DNA of 31,179 nt, from IMG/VR virus record IMGVR_UViG_3300024179_000011, positions 1-31,179 of that record; one strand, written 5' to 3'. Shown here one piece after another: positions 14,642-23,496 of this stretch (position 1 is the first letter of the stretch; each line of letters opens with the position of its first letter). The stretch is from a virus. Lineage: Duplodnaviria > Caudoviricetes. The notes under the pieces were generated by a model. The model ran no database searches and was not told the DNA's origin. It was given only the letters and a program-made list of their open reading frames with translations. The translations under genes and the position numbers were made by a program.

Positions 14642-16632
14642 AACGCTACCTTCTCGGGCTCCTGTTCGCGCTGCTGGCGTCGCCGGCCTTCGCGCAGCTG
14701 CCGGTCTGCAACAACGGCGACATGATCTACCGGGGATCGGTGGGCTATCAGTGCTTGCCGTTTGACAACACGGCGGGCAAGTTCCTGCAGGGGCAGGGGA
14801 GCGCGGCCGCGCCGATCTGGACGTTCCAGGCGCCGCAGGCGTTCAAGCTGCCGACGCAGTCGACCAACACCTTCCTAGGCAACACCACGGGGATCAACGC
14901 CTCGCCGGTGCCGAACTCGGTGTCGCAGATCCTTGACACCATCGGCTATGATGTTAGCCGGCCGCCGGTTGTTAACTCGATCATCTACAAGTCCAACATC
15001 GCGCCCAGCAATACGTGGCAAGCGCTCGCACCGGCACCTGCGGCAGGATGGTCGTTGGTTTCCGGCGGCCTTAGCAACCCCCCTTCATGGGCGTTCATCA
15101 ATACTGGAGCCGCGCCAGGGGTGGCGGGTACCTGCCTGATCAGCACCGGAGCAACGACATCGCCGACGTATCAGGCGTGCTTGAACGCCTTGAACTTCGC
15201 GGTGAGTGCACCGATCGTGGTGTCGTTCGCCACGCCGATCACGACGGTGAGTTGCCCGACATGCATCACGTCCGCCTCGGGAGGTGCAGGCGTCGCGCTG
15301 ACCAAGACGGATGATACGAATGTCACCCTGACGCTCGGAGGTTCGCCGACAACGGCGCTCGTCAACGCGGCATCGCTCACGCTGGGCTGGACCGGAACGC
15401 TCGCGCTCACGCGCGGTGGATGTGCGGCGGCGCTCACGGCGTCGAATGGAGGACTACTGTATTCGACCGCCAGCGCGTGCGCCATCTTGGCGGGCACCGC
15501 GACCGCGAACCAGATTCCGATGTCGGGAGCGAACACGGCTCCCGCATGGTCAACGGCCACCTACCCGCCGACGACCGCGGCAGGCACCGTCCTGACTTCC
15601 GCCTCGGCGAACACTGTAACGGCGTCAGCGACCCCAACACTGGGGGTTCCTGGGTCGGTGATAGGGACGCTGGCCTTCGCCAATGCCACAAGCGGGACAG
15701 TCACGCTGGCAACCCCAACCGGGGCATTGGGGACGGTTACCCTTTTCATGCCGAACCTAAACGATGTTCTGGTCTCACGGACCAACACGGACTCGTTGAC
15801 AAACAAGACTCTGACATCGTCCACCAACGTTCTCGGTGGTGTGACCATGACCTTGGGGTCCGATGCCACCGGAGACACGTACTACCGAAATTCAGGGGGT
15901 GTCCTTACGCGCTTGGGCATTGGATCTACCAACCAGGCACTTACCGTAAGTGGTGGCATCCCGATTTGGTCTGGCGTCATCGTCACGGTGAAGAAGCAGT
16001 TTTTTTCTGCTTCGGGCACCTATACGCCCTCTGCTGGAATGGCATTCGCGGTTGTCCAGTGTGTAGGCGCTGGAGGCGGTGGCGGGGGCACAGCCAGTTC
16101 GGCGTCCAACGTCGCATCTCAAGGCGCCGGAGGAGGAGGGGGCGGATATTCCAGAATCACTCTGACTGCGGCAACGGTAGGTGCATCCAAGACGGTCACG
16201 ATCGGCGCCGGTGGTCCCGGTGGGACTGCCGGAAATAATGCGGGCACGGCAGGCGGTGATACGAGTCTTGGTACGTTGTGCGTAGGCAAAGGGGGGTCAG
16301 GCGGCGCCGGAAACACAGGAAGCTCATTACCTGTAGGCGGCGCGGGAGGCGTGGCCGGCACAGGAGATTTCACAATTCTAGGTCAGGCTGGAGCGAGTGG
16401 CGCCGCGAACGGCGGTGCGGTATTTCTCCCTGCTGGTTACGGCGGAAGCGCTGGATTGGGTTTTGGTGCAGGCGCGGCTGCTTTGGTTACAGCCACATCA
16501 ACCACAGGCAACGCTGGGGGTAATTACGGCGGGGGAGGAAGTGGTGGAATGACTTATAATATCGGGGCCGCAGCAGCTGGGGGTGCAGGAGCAGGCGGCG
16601 CAGTTCACATCGAAGAATATTGCACTCAATAG
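14638..16632 (+). CDS. Fibre/adhesin-like protein with Sec signal peptide and C-terminal glycine-rich domain
   Basis: MKRYLLGLLFALLASPAFA|Q; T/A/S/G-rich fibre repeats (GDMIYR, GDTYYR, GQ/GTxLxS..PxW); FSASGTYTPS..VGAGGGGG glycine-rich phage fibre tip. Confidence 0.85.
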   Translation: MKRYLLGLLFALLASPAFAQLPVCNNGDMIYRGSVGYQCLPFDNTAGKFLQGQGSAAAPIWTFQAPQAFKLPTQSTNTFLGNTTGINASPVPNSVSQILDTIGYDVSRPPVVNSIIYKSNIAPSNTWQALAPAPAAGWSLVSGGLSNPPSWAFINTGAAPGVAGTCLISTGATTSPTYQACLNALNFAVSAPIVVSFATPITTVSCPTCITSASGGAGVALTKTDDTNVTLTLGGSPTTALVNAASLTLGWTGTLALTRGGCAAALTASNGGLLYSTASACAILAGTATANQIPMSGANTAPAWSTATYPPTTAAGTVLTSASANTVTASATPTLGVPGSVIGTLAFANATSGTVTLATPTGALGTVTLFMPNLNDVLVSRTNTDSLTNKTLTSSTNVLGGVTMTLGSDATGDTYYRNSGGVLTRLGIGSTNQALTVSGGIPIWSGVIVTVKKQFFSASGTYTPSAGMAFAVVQCVGAGGGGGGTASSASNVASQGAGGGGGGYSRITLTAATVGASKTVTIGAGGPGGTAGNNAGTAGGDTSLGTLCVGKGGSGGAGNTGSSLPVGGAGGVAGTGDFTILGQAGASGAANGGAVFLPAGYGGSAGLGFGAGAAALVTATSTTGNAGGNYGGGGSGGMTYNIGAAAAGGAGAGGAVHIEEYCTQ

Positions 16633-16646
16633 GGAGTTATCGTTTC

Positions 16647-17852
16647 ATGAATTTTGTTTCGCGTCGCAGATTCATCGCAGGTTCTTCCGCACTCATTGCT
16701 GCTCCAGCTTTTTTTCGCAAAGCCGACGCGGCTCTGATCGAAGCTCAGGCCGGTGGCAAGACCATCTATTTTTCGCAGGCCCAAGGCATCGTCAACACCC
16801 TCCAGCCATGGCGCGGGGTCACAAGCGGAGATCTCACTGCAGACGGACTCGGGAATTATCCCCAGCGTGTCAACCTCAGCAATCGCGGCGGCTATTCATG
16901 GATTCCGCAGGAGGCGACTAAGTTCAGGGTCTCTTGCAATCTGTTCCGAGGCGTGACGGGAGCGGCTGGAGTGGTCGACGTCAGCCTGTTGGCAGAGCTG
17001 CCCGGCTATGAAGGCGTAGAAATCTTCGATACCTTTGGCACGGAAGCCTTTTCGAACGGGGCTATGTTTCCTCCCGGATCTCTTCCGGAAAGCAAGGGAA
17101 CGCCTCCCGAATTTCCGAACATGGTTTTATCCGATGGAAGCTGGGGAAACTTCTTCTGGCAGATGCGCGGAAACTTCGCGAATGGCCTTCAGGGTTCGGC
17201 CGCGATCCTGCAGCTTCTGAGCTTTGACGTTCCAAGCAGCTACGTGCTTCCGCCGTCCTGGCCAGTCAAGCGAACGGACCAAGCGGCGTTCCTGATGTAC
17301 TTCGGGAACAACTTGAATGATTCATCAGTCGCCGCCAGATCGGTTGCGGCGGCTGGAGGGGCTGCCCTTCAGCCTGACGGAAGTTGTCTGTTCAATGGTA
17401 GTTCCGGGTATCTGACCTTCAACGGTGGCGATGCCGCCATGGCGATGCCCGGAGACTTCACAGTCGAAGGCACCGTATCCACCAACGACAAGTCAATGCA
17501 GGGGGGAACGCAAAGACGCATCATCTCGTTCGGCGGCGGGATAGGCGGCGGCTACACCCTGGGCATCGGCATCGATCCGACCAGCGGCGGTTTGATCATC
17601 CTGCGCGAGAAGGTCTCCCAGATATTCGGAGGAAATGCGCCAATCAATACGAACAGCCGCGCGACCTTCAAGTTGAGGCGCAAGAGCGGGATCTGCACCC
17701 TGATGGTCAATGAGCAGCAAGACGGCCAGCCGTTCGCGGATTCGACCGTTTGGGCGGCGCCATCGGTCGCTGAGATAGGCCGTCTCAACGGGGGCGCCGG
17801 CTACTTCAACGGATCGATTTACAACCTGCAGATTTCGAACGCGGCTATCTAG
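16647..17852 (+). CDS. Tat-signal protein with C-terminal LamG/concanavalin-like domain
   Basis: MNFVSRRRFIAGSSALIAAPAFFRKADA|A twin-arginine signal; SCLFNGSSGYL, GDFTVE, IGR..GYFNGSIYNLQIS (LamG-like). Confidence 0.8.
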   Translation: MNFVSRRRFIAGSSALIAAPAFFRKADAALIEAQAGGKTIYFSQAQGIVNTLQPWRGVTSGDLTADGLGNYPQRVNLSNRGGYSWIPQEATKFRVSCNLFRGVTGAAGVVDVSLLAELPGYEGVEIFDTFGTEAFSNGAMFPPGSLPESKGTPPEFPNMVLSDGSWGNFFWQMRGNFANGLQGSAAILQLLSFDVPSSYVLPPSWPVKRTDQAAFLMYFGNNLNDSSVAARSVAAAGGAALQPDGSCLFNGSSGYLTFNGGDAAMAMPGDFTVEGTVSTNDKSMQGGTQRRIISFGGGIGGGYTLGIGIDPTSGGLIILREKVSQIFGGNAPINTNSRATFKLRRKSGICTLMVNEQQDGQPFADSTVWAAPSVAEIGRLNGGAGYFNGSIYNLQISNAAI

Positions 17853-17859
17853 GTGTAGT

Positions 17860-17952
17860 ATGACGTGCATGCTACTAATCGCAGGCATTGGCTGGCTGAT
17901 CTTCAAGCCGTTGCCGCTACCGACGTACTACGACGACTTCGACGGTATCTGA
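17860..17952 (+). CDS. Possible 30-aa hydrophobic microprotein
   Basis: MTCMLLIAGIGWLIFKPLPLPTYYDDFDGI fills the gap before the endolysin; AGGTG upstream. Confidence 0.35.
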   Translation: MTCMLLIAGIGWLIFKPLPLPTYYDDFDGI

Positions 17953-17973
17953 ACCGACCGAAAGGGGAAGCAC

Positions 17974-18498
17974 ATGGAAGCGAACTTCAAGGCGAGCCTC
18001 GCCGCGGTGCTCAAGTCCGAAGGCGGCAACGACGACGATCCGGCGGATCACGGCGGCCGTACCTCGCGCGGCATCACGCAGAAGGAATACGATGCGTGGC
18101 GCAGCGAACACAAGCTTCCGCGGCTCGATGTCTGGAAGGCTTCCGATCAGGACATCCACGACATCTACCACGACGAGTACTGGGCACCTCTCGGCGACAA
18201 GTTGCCTATCGGTGTCGACTATCTCTACTTCGACATGGCGGTGAACGCCGGCCCGCATCGTGCCGCGGTGCTCCTGCAGGAGGCACTTGGCGTCAACGCC
18301 GACGGCCGGATCGGGCCTATCACCCGGCAGGCCATCGCCACTGCCGATGCCAAGGTACTCGTGGAGCACTTCTCCGCTTCCAAGGCTAGCTGGTACAGAT
18401 CGTTGCACCAGCCCACGTTCACTCAAGGGTGGCTCAACCGAACCGGCTTCGTCCGTACTACCGCACTCGCAATGATCGCAAAGGGAACACCAGCATGA
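17974..18498 (+). CDS. Endolysin, glycoside hydrolase family 108 with peptidoglycan-binding region
   Basis: SEGG.DDDPADHGGRTSRGIT, FDMAVNAG, LQEALGV.ADGRIGPIT, GWLNR. Confidence 0.93.
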   Translation: MEANFKASLAAVLKSEGGNDDDPADHGGRTSRGITQKEYDAWRSEHKLPRLDVWKASDQDIHDIYHDEYWAPLGDKLPIGVDYLYFDMAVNAGPHRAAVLLQEALGVNADGRIGPITRQAIATADAKVLVEHFSASKASWYRSLHQPTFTQGWLNRTGFVRTTALAMIAKGTPA

Positions 18499-18842
18499 AC
18501 CTCACCAGCAAGCAGATCTTCCAGATCGCCAGCGGCGTCATCGGCGGCCTGATTACCGGCGCCGCGCTCCTGCAGACCCTGTTCGGGCAGGATCTCACCA
18601 TCAAGATCGTGGCGGTGCTTGGCATCGCCAACATCATCCTCGGCTCGGTTGGCGCGGCGCTGTCCGGTCAGGCCAATCTGGTTCGCGACGTGTCGGCGAT
18701 GCCTGGTGTCGCCCGCGTGTCGATCAACGCGGACGCGAACCAGACGCTGGCACAGGTTGCGGTCGATCCGTCCCAGCCCAAGGTGGGAGCGACAACGCCC
18801 GATGTTCGCGCGACCCTACAGACGATCGCGAAGGGAGCCTGA
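18495..18842 (+). CDS. Holin-like protein with two TM segments
   Basis: Two N-terminal hydrophobic segments; ATGA-coupled to the endolysin. Confidence 0.6.
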   Translation: MNLTSKQIFQIASGVIGGLITGAALLQTLFGQDLTIKIVAVLGIANIILGSVGAALSGQANLVRDVSAMPGVARVSINADANQTLAQVAVDPSQPKVGATTPDVRATLQTIAKGA

Positions 18843-18843
18843 C

Positions 18844-19350
18844 ATGAAGTGGATTGTCAGGCTCCTGATCGCCGCCTTCGTGGTGTCCTTCTTTTGTCTC
18901 GATACTGCGGGAGCTCAGACGAAGCTCAAGCTTCCGATCGATCCACTGGGGCTGAATGATCGCGCGGGCAAGAGCGGTGGCAGTCCGCTGGAGGATATCA
19001 TCGGCGCGCTCGACGCCAAGCTGCTGCCGGATCTTGAGTACGCGCTAAAGCTTGCCACGGCCTCGAACAGCAGGGTCACCGCGCCCTGCTACCAGGCGTG
19101 GATCAACATCATCAATGTGCGGCAGAAGGCGGTGCAGGACGCCAACGGCGCCGATCTCCCGATGCCCGATCTGGCGATCATCACCAAGTTCGAGAAACTG
19201 GTCGAGATCAGGGAATCGCTGCGGCCCGACTCCGAGTTCATGATCAAGTGCTCGCCGGTCGCCAGTATGATCAAGAAGGACATCGTCAGCTTCATCGCGA
19301 CGGTGCTCTCAGGTGGCGCTGGTTTGGCGGCGCTGGGTGTTGGTCTGTGA
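18844..19350 (+). CDS. Exported protein with signal peptide and hydrophobic C-terminus (possible lysis accessory)
   Basis: MKWIVRLLIAAFVVSFFCLDTAGA|Q; GGGAG RBS; two Cys in the mature region; C-terminal IVSFIATVLSGGAGLAALGVGL. Confidence 0.7.
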   Translation: MKWIVRLLIAAFVVSFFCLDTAGAQTKLKLPIDPLGLNDRAGKSGGSPLEDIIGALDAKLLPDLEYALKLATASNSRVTAPCYQAWINIINVRQKAVQDANGADLPMPDLAIITKFEKLVEIRESLRPDSEFMIKCSPVASMIKKDIVSFIATVLSGGAGLAALGVGL

Positions 19351-19616
19351 CATGGATCGAATGGCTGGATATTCACGCTGAGGCAGTGAAATCGATAGGT
19401 ATACTCGGTACCTTGGTTACATCGGCCGGCGCGTGGATCTGCACAGTGTGGGCCGATCGTAAGGCCAAGAACCGAGCTATCGCCAGCGACGCCAAGACCA
19501 ACACTTACCACCTTGAAGTCAATTCGCGGATGCAAGAGTTTTTGAAAGCAGCAGGTCTGGTTGGGCGCGCTGAAGGCATCGCTCAGGAACGAAGAGATCA
19601 AGAGGACCGTAAATGA
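19347..19616 (+). CDS. Single-TM protein, 89 aa
   Basis: GTGA/ATGA overlaps on both sides; TM segment followed by HLEVNSRM. Confidence 0.65.
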   Translation: MTWIEWLDIHAEAVKSIGILGTLVTSAGAWICTVWADRKAKNRAIASDAKTNTYHLEVNSRMQEFLKAAGLVGRAEGIAQERRDQEDRK

Positions 19617-20152
19617 TCTACATCCGCTTAGTTTGCCACGACGATCCGTTGAGCTGGGCCATCCTCAAGAACATCGGTGGCGTGGTCGCTCACGCCGAAG
19701 GCATCATGAAAGGCGGGACGGTCATCGGCGCGTTTGCCGAAGGCGGTGTGCAGGAGCGCAAATTCGACTACGATGGCGGCAAGTTCAAGATGGAGATCCT
19801 GTTCGAGCTACCAGCCGACGACGAGATGAGTGCGAGGTTCGATCATTATCTGCGGTCTCCACGAGTGATGCACGAGCCCTACGATTATCCCGGCATCGCA
19901 AACTTCATGCACTTTGGCATTGACATGCACGCCGAGCACCACGTCTTCTGCTCAGCGCTGATCCACGACGCGCTGCGTGGGATCGGGATGGACAAGGACG
20001 CTCCCAGATGGTGGCCACGTCCGATGCCGATCCCCGGACACTACGTCAACCCTTTGATTCTGCATCAGGAACTACTGGCCGACCAACGTACCCGGATCGT
20101 CACGCGGGACGACCCCGCGTTTAAGGCTCACATTGCAAAAGCAGATGGCTGA
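19613..20152 (+). CDS. Permuted papain-like (YiiX/YebB, NlpC/P60) hydrolase
   Basis: His (VAHAEG) precedes PYDY and FCSALI, the permuted catalytic order. Confidence 0.75.
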   Translation: MIYIRLVCHDDPLSWAILKNIGGVVAHAEGIMKGGTVIGAFAEGGVQERKFDYDGGKFKMEILFELPADDEMSARFDHYLRSPRVMHEPYDYPGIANFMHFGIDMHAEHHVFCSALIHDALRGIGMDKDAPRWWPRPMPIPGHYVNPLILHQELLADQRTRIVTRDDPAFKAHIAKADG

Positions 20153-20453
20153 CAGTTTCTTGGGGCTGGACTTCAAGTTGATCATAGCGGGTGCCGGTGG
20201 CGGGATCTCGATCATCTATGCCTTGAAAAAGCCCGCAGCGTGGGAACTGATTGCCGGGCTGGTGGTTGGTGGGTTTACGGCCAACTATCTTACGATGCCA
20301 ATTTCCAGGATGTTCCCGTTCTCATTCGTTCCGGCCGACTACATCCTATCGATTGCGTTCTGTGTTGGCATCGTTGGTAAATGGGCGTGCAAGAAGGTTT
20401 TGGAGTACGGGAAGGCAAAAATGCGAGTCGAGAGACAGCATGATGGCATGTGA
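20145..20453 (+). CDS. Holin-like protein with three TM segments
   Basis: LIIAGAGGG, LVVGGFTANYL and IAFCVG pattern with a basic C-terminus. Confidence 0.65.
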   Translation: MADSFLGLDFKLIIAGAGGGISIIYALKKPAAWELIAGLVVGGFTANYLTMPISRMFPFSFVPADYILSIAFCVGIVGKWACKKVLEYGKAKMRVERQHDGM

Positions 20454-20841
20454 CCTCCTGCCACCGATCCTCATCTACGCGATTCGTGGTGTGCTGGTCG
20501 TCGCTGGAATATTGGTGATTGTGCTCATGCAGAAGGCCGAGCACGACAAATCGATAGTCCGCATTGATTCAAAAGAGCTTCGCTCCGCGCGCCGCTGGTC
20601 GTTTATCTCGATCGCGGGAGCCGCTGTCATCCTCCTCCTGACCGATCTGGAGCGTATCCCGCAACCGGTAGCGTTTGCCATGCTGTTGCTGTTTGCGGCG
20701 ACGACGGCGATTTTGGTGGTCGATATCGTGGCTTTGAACCACCGACCACCGAATGCTGGCCACCGCGCGGCCGCAGTGCAGTACATGGCCCATCTGGCGC
20801 CGCTGCGCCGGGCGCGTGATTTCTTCCGGCGTCGAGCCTGA
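20440..20841 (+). CDS. Membrane protein with three TM segments
   Basis: Three hydrophobic segments and a basic tail; overlaps the preceding gene. Confidence 0.65.
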   Translation: MMACDLLPPILIYAIRGVLVVAGILVIVLMQKAEHDKSIVRIDSKELRSARRWSFISIAGAAVILLLTDLERIPQPVAFAMLLLFAATTAILVVDIVALNHRPPNAGHRAAAVQYMAHLAPLRRARDFFRRRA

Positions 20842-20844
20842 CTG

Positions 20845-20873
20845 TTGACACATTGTTTCGCCTCGCATATTCT
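20845..20873 (+). promoter_or_regulatory. Strong sigma70 promoter for the scaffold-capsid operon
   Basis: TTGACA-N17-TATTCT, near consensus, in intergenic DNA. Confidence 0.8.
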
Positions 20874-20972
20874 GCGAGCAATATAGTTTCGAGTTGCTGC
20901 CGTAAGCAGCTGCCGCCTAGCGCACGTCAAGCGCCCCGACTAGTGGCCGTAAGCCCACCGCAGGAGAATAGA

Positions 20973-21746
20973 ATGGCCGATCCGCGAGACCCGATCGAGG
21001 ACGTCGATGGACAAGAAGACGCAGCCCTTTCCGAAGGACAAGATGAGCGGGAAGTTCCCGAATCTGGTGAAGGGGAAGATGAAGCCGAAGCATCATCCGA
21101 GGGTGCAGGCGAAGAAGACGAAGGGGACAACGAGGGGCAGGTAGACGAGCAGCCGGCGCGGCGTCCCAGCCGCGCGCAGTCGCGTATCCAGTCCCTTACC
21201 CAGACCGTTCAGCAGGAGAAGGCCGAACGGCAGCGAATCGAGCGGGAGCTGCAGGAGATGCGCGCCGAACAGCGCGCCCGCCAGCAGCGAGACCAGCAGG
21301 AGAGCCCCGAGGCGCGTGCCGCGCGCAGGGCCCTGATGGACCCGATGGAAGTGATGCGGGAGGACCTGCGGGAGTCGGAGCAGCGCACACAGCAGCTCCT
21401 GCACCAGCAGGCGATCCAGACCCAGGAGACCCAGGACAGGCTGCTCTACAATACCATCCTTCGCGATGCGCCGCACCTGAAGAAGTATGACGCGGACGTC
21501 GAGAAGATCCGACTGGAGCAGCAGGCCAAAGGTGTGTTCGTACCGCGAGAGGTTCTGCTCGATCTGGCGATCGGGCGCGCGGCGCGGGCAGCGGCGACCA
21601 AGGCGGCGCCGAAGGCCCAGAAGGACGGTCAGCGCAAGGTGGCGCAGGCGCAGTCCCGGCCGGCGGCGGCACGAGGGGATACTGCCACCCAGCGCGGGCG
21701 GCAGGGTGACAGCGTCGAGAAGCGCTTGGAGAACGTACCAATTTAA
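20973..21746 (+). CDS. Capsid scaffolding protein
   Basis: AGGAGA RBS; acidic disordered N-terminus, AQSRIQSL coiled coil; directly upstream of the major capsid gene. Confidence 0.8.
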   Translation: MADPRDPIEDVDGQEDAALSEGQDEREVPESGEGEDEAEASSEGAGEEDEGDNEGQVDEQPARRPSRAQSRIQSLTQTVQQEKAERQRIERELQEMRAEQRARQQRDQQESPEARAARRALMDPMEVMREDLRESEQRTQQLLHQQAIQTQETQDRLLYNTILRDAPHLKKYDADVEKIRLEQQAKGVFVPREVLLDLAIGRAARAAATKAAPKAQKDGQRKVAQAQSRPAAARGDTATQRGRQGDSVEKRLENVPI

Positions 21747-21747
21747 C

Positions 21748-21774
21748 GGTAAGGCTTTGACGGCCTTACCTTTT
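21748..21774 (+). terminator. Hairpin plus U-tract between scaffold and capsid genes
   Basis: GGTAAGGC-N7-GCCTTACC-TTTT immediately before the capsid RBS. Confidence 0.45.
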
Positions 21775-21790
21775 CAGGAGAGACTGTCAA

Positions 21791-23140
21791 ATGGCCGTGA
21801 ACCAGGCTGCCTCATTTTCTGCCGATATCAGCAACTATATCGCAGAGAAGACCCTTCCCCTCGCCCGCAAGCAGCTTGTCGCCTACCAGTTCGGTGACCC
21901 GCTCCGGCTCCCCAAGGGCTTCGGGACCACCTACACGGCCACCCGATACCTGCGCGTCCCGCTACCCTACGCGCCACTCTCCGAAGGCGTCCCGCCGATT
22001 GGCGAGACCATGTCGATCCAGCAGGTCTCGGCGACCGCCCAGCAATGGGGTGACAAGATCACGATCACCGACGTGGCCGAGCTGACGATCAAGCATCCCC
22101 TCTTCGTCAAGGCTACCGAGCTCACCGCGCTGCAGATCGCGGAGACGCTGGAACGGAATACCTTCAATACCCTGAACTCCGGCACCCAGGTCAACTACGT
22201 CAATTCGCGCGGCTCCCGCGCCTCGCTGACCACCGGTGACGTCATCAGTCCCCACGAGATCAACCGCGCCTACGGCGCGCTGTTCACCCTCGGTGCGCCA
22301 CGCTACATGGGCGACGAGATGACCGACACCAAGCTGTCGGCCAATGACGGTGGCGCCAAGGCGTCCGACAATCCCCGGCGCATGCCGCACTACGTGTCGA
22401 TCATGCACCCTCTGGTCGCGCAGGACATGCGCGAGAATTCCACCGTGGTCACCGCGTGGTCCTACTCGGACATCAACCGGATCTACAACTACGAGGTCGG
22501 CGAGTGGGGCGGCATCCGGTTCTGCCTGTCCAACATGGTCCCGACGTGGACCGGCGTCGCCGCCATCCAGGGCACCGCGACCTCCGCGGGCGCGCTGGCG
22601 ACCGGCACCTACCTCATCCAGGTAACCGCCTCGGACACCCAGAATCAGTTCGAGAGCCAGATCTACCAGGTCTCCACTGGCGTCTCCGTGACGGGCCCGA
22701 ACGGCTCGATCGATGTCATCCTGCCGACCCTGGCCGGCTTCACCTTCAACGTCTACATCAGCGCTGCCGGTGGTTCCGCGGTGAGCGCGCTCGGTCTCTC
22801 CAACGCAGGCCCCTCTTCGGGCCCGCAGCAGGGTCAGGCCGTGCAGCTCGCCGGCAACCAGACCGTGACCATCACGGGCATCGGCACCGCGCAGGTCCCG
22901 CCGGCCGCGCCGGGCACCGGCTTCACTGTGTACCCGACCTACATCATCGGCCGCGGCGCCTACGGGCAGGTCATGCTCGATGATGCCCGCTTCACCTACC
23001 TGAAGGAAGCCGACAAGAGCGATCCGCTCAATCAGCTCCGAGTCGTGGGCTGGAAGTGCTTCTACGGCACGTTGATCGAGAACCAACAGTTCTTCATGCG
23101 AATTGAAAGCCTTAGCGCCTTCAGCTCGTCCTTCGGTTAA
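21791..23140 (+). CDS. Major capsid protein, N4-gp56-like family
   Basis: FGDPLRLPKGFG, LSEGVPP, QWGD.ITITD, HPLVAQD, GEWGGIRF, KSDPLNQ..VGWK; AGGAG RBS, strong codon bias. Confidence 0.92.
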   Translation: MAVNQAASFSADISNYIAEKTLPLARKQLVAYQFGDPLRLPKGFGTTYTATRYLRVPLPYAPLSEGVPPIGETMSIQQVSATAQQWGDKITITDVAELTIKHPLFVKATELTALQIAETLERNTFNTLNSGTQVNYVNSRGSRASLTTGDVISPHEINRAYGALFTLGAPRYMGDEMTDTKLSANDGGAKASDNPRRMPHYVSIMHPLVAQDMRENSTVVTAWSYSDINRIYNYEVGEWGGIRFCLSNMVPTWTGVAAIQGTATSAGALATGTYLIQVTASDTQNQFESQIYQVSTGVSVTGPNGSIDVILPTLAGFTFNVYISAAGGSAVSALGLSNAGPSSGPQQGQAVQLAGNQTVTITGIGTAQVPPAAPGTGFTVYPTYIIGRGAYGQVMLDDARFTYLKEADKSDPLNQLRVVGWKCFYGTLIENQQFFMRIESLSAFSSSFG

Positions 23141-23149
23141 CCTGATCCG

Positions 23150-23177
23150 GCGGGGCTTCGGCCCCGCTTCCCTCTTT
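23150..23177 (+). terminator. Hairpin or weak terminator after the capsid gene
   Basis: GCGGGGC-TTCG-GCCCCGC (C-UUCG-G tetraloop) followed by TTCCCTCTTT. Confidence 0.6.
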
Positions 23178-23191
23178 GCAGGAATGCTTTC

Positions 23192-23485
23192 ATGGCTCTC
23201 AAGACGATGGGCACCGCGGCGACCACCTCGCTCGCGGCGATGAGCTGGAACCCGATGTCCTCGATCGCGGACATTTCGGCGATCGAGGCCAACATCAAGA
23301 ACCAGTCCAATCCTGCGCACCCGATCGTGCCGGGCAATTTCGAGGGCGGCAAATTGTACCTTCCCAACAATCGCGGGATCGTCTTGCTGCAGCCCGGCGA
23401 CTGGATCGCCTACGACAACTTCGGGTGGCCGATCGTCGTGTCCACCCAATCGATCGCCAGCGGTTCGAGCTGGGTCCACAGCTGA
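23192..23485 (+). CDS. Small virion protein (possible head decoration protein)
   Basis: 97 aa after the capsid gene; AGGA RBS; strong codon bias. Confidence 0.7.
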   Translation: MALKTMGTAATTSLAAMSWNPMSSIADISAIEANIKNQSNPAHPIVPGNFEGGKLYLPNNRGIVLLQPGDWIAYDNFGWPIVVSTQSIASGSSWVHS

Positions 23486-23496
23486 AAGGGAAGATC

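Noticed and set aside
21962-23479. 505-aa minus-strand ORF
   Set aside because: Antisense to the major capsid gene.
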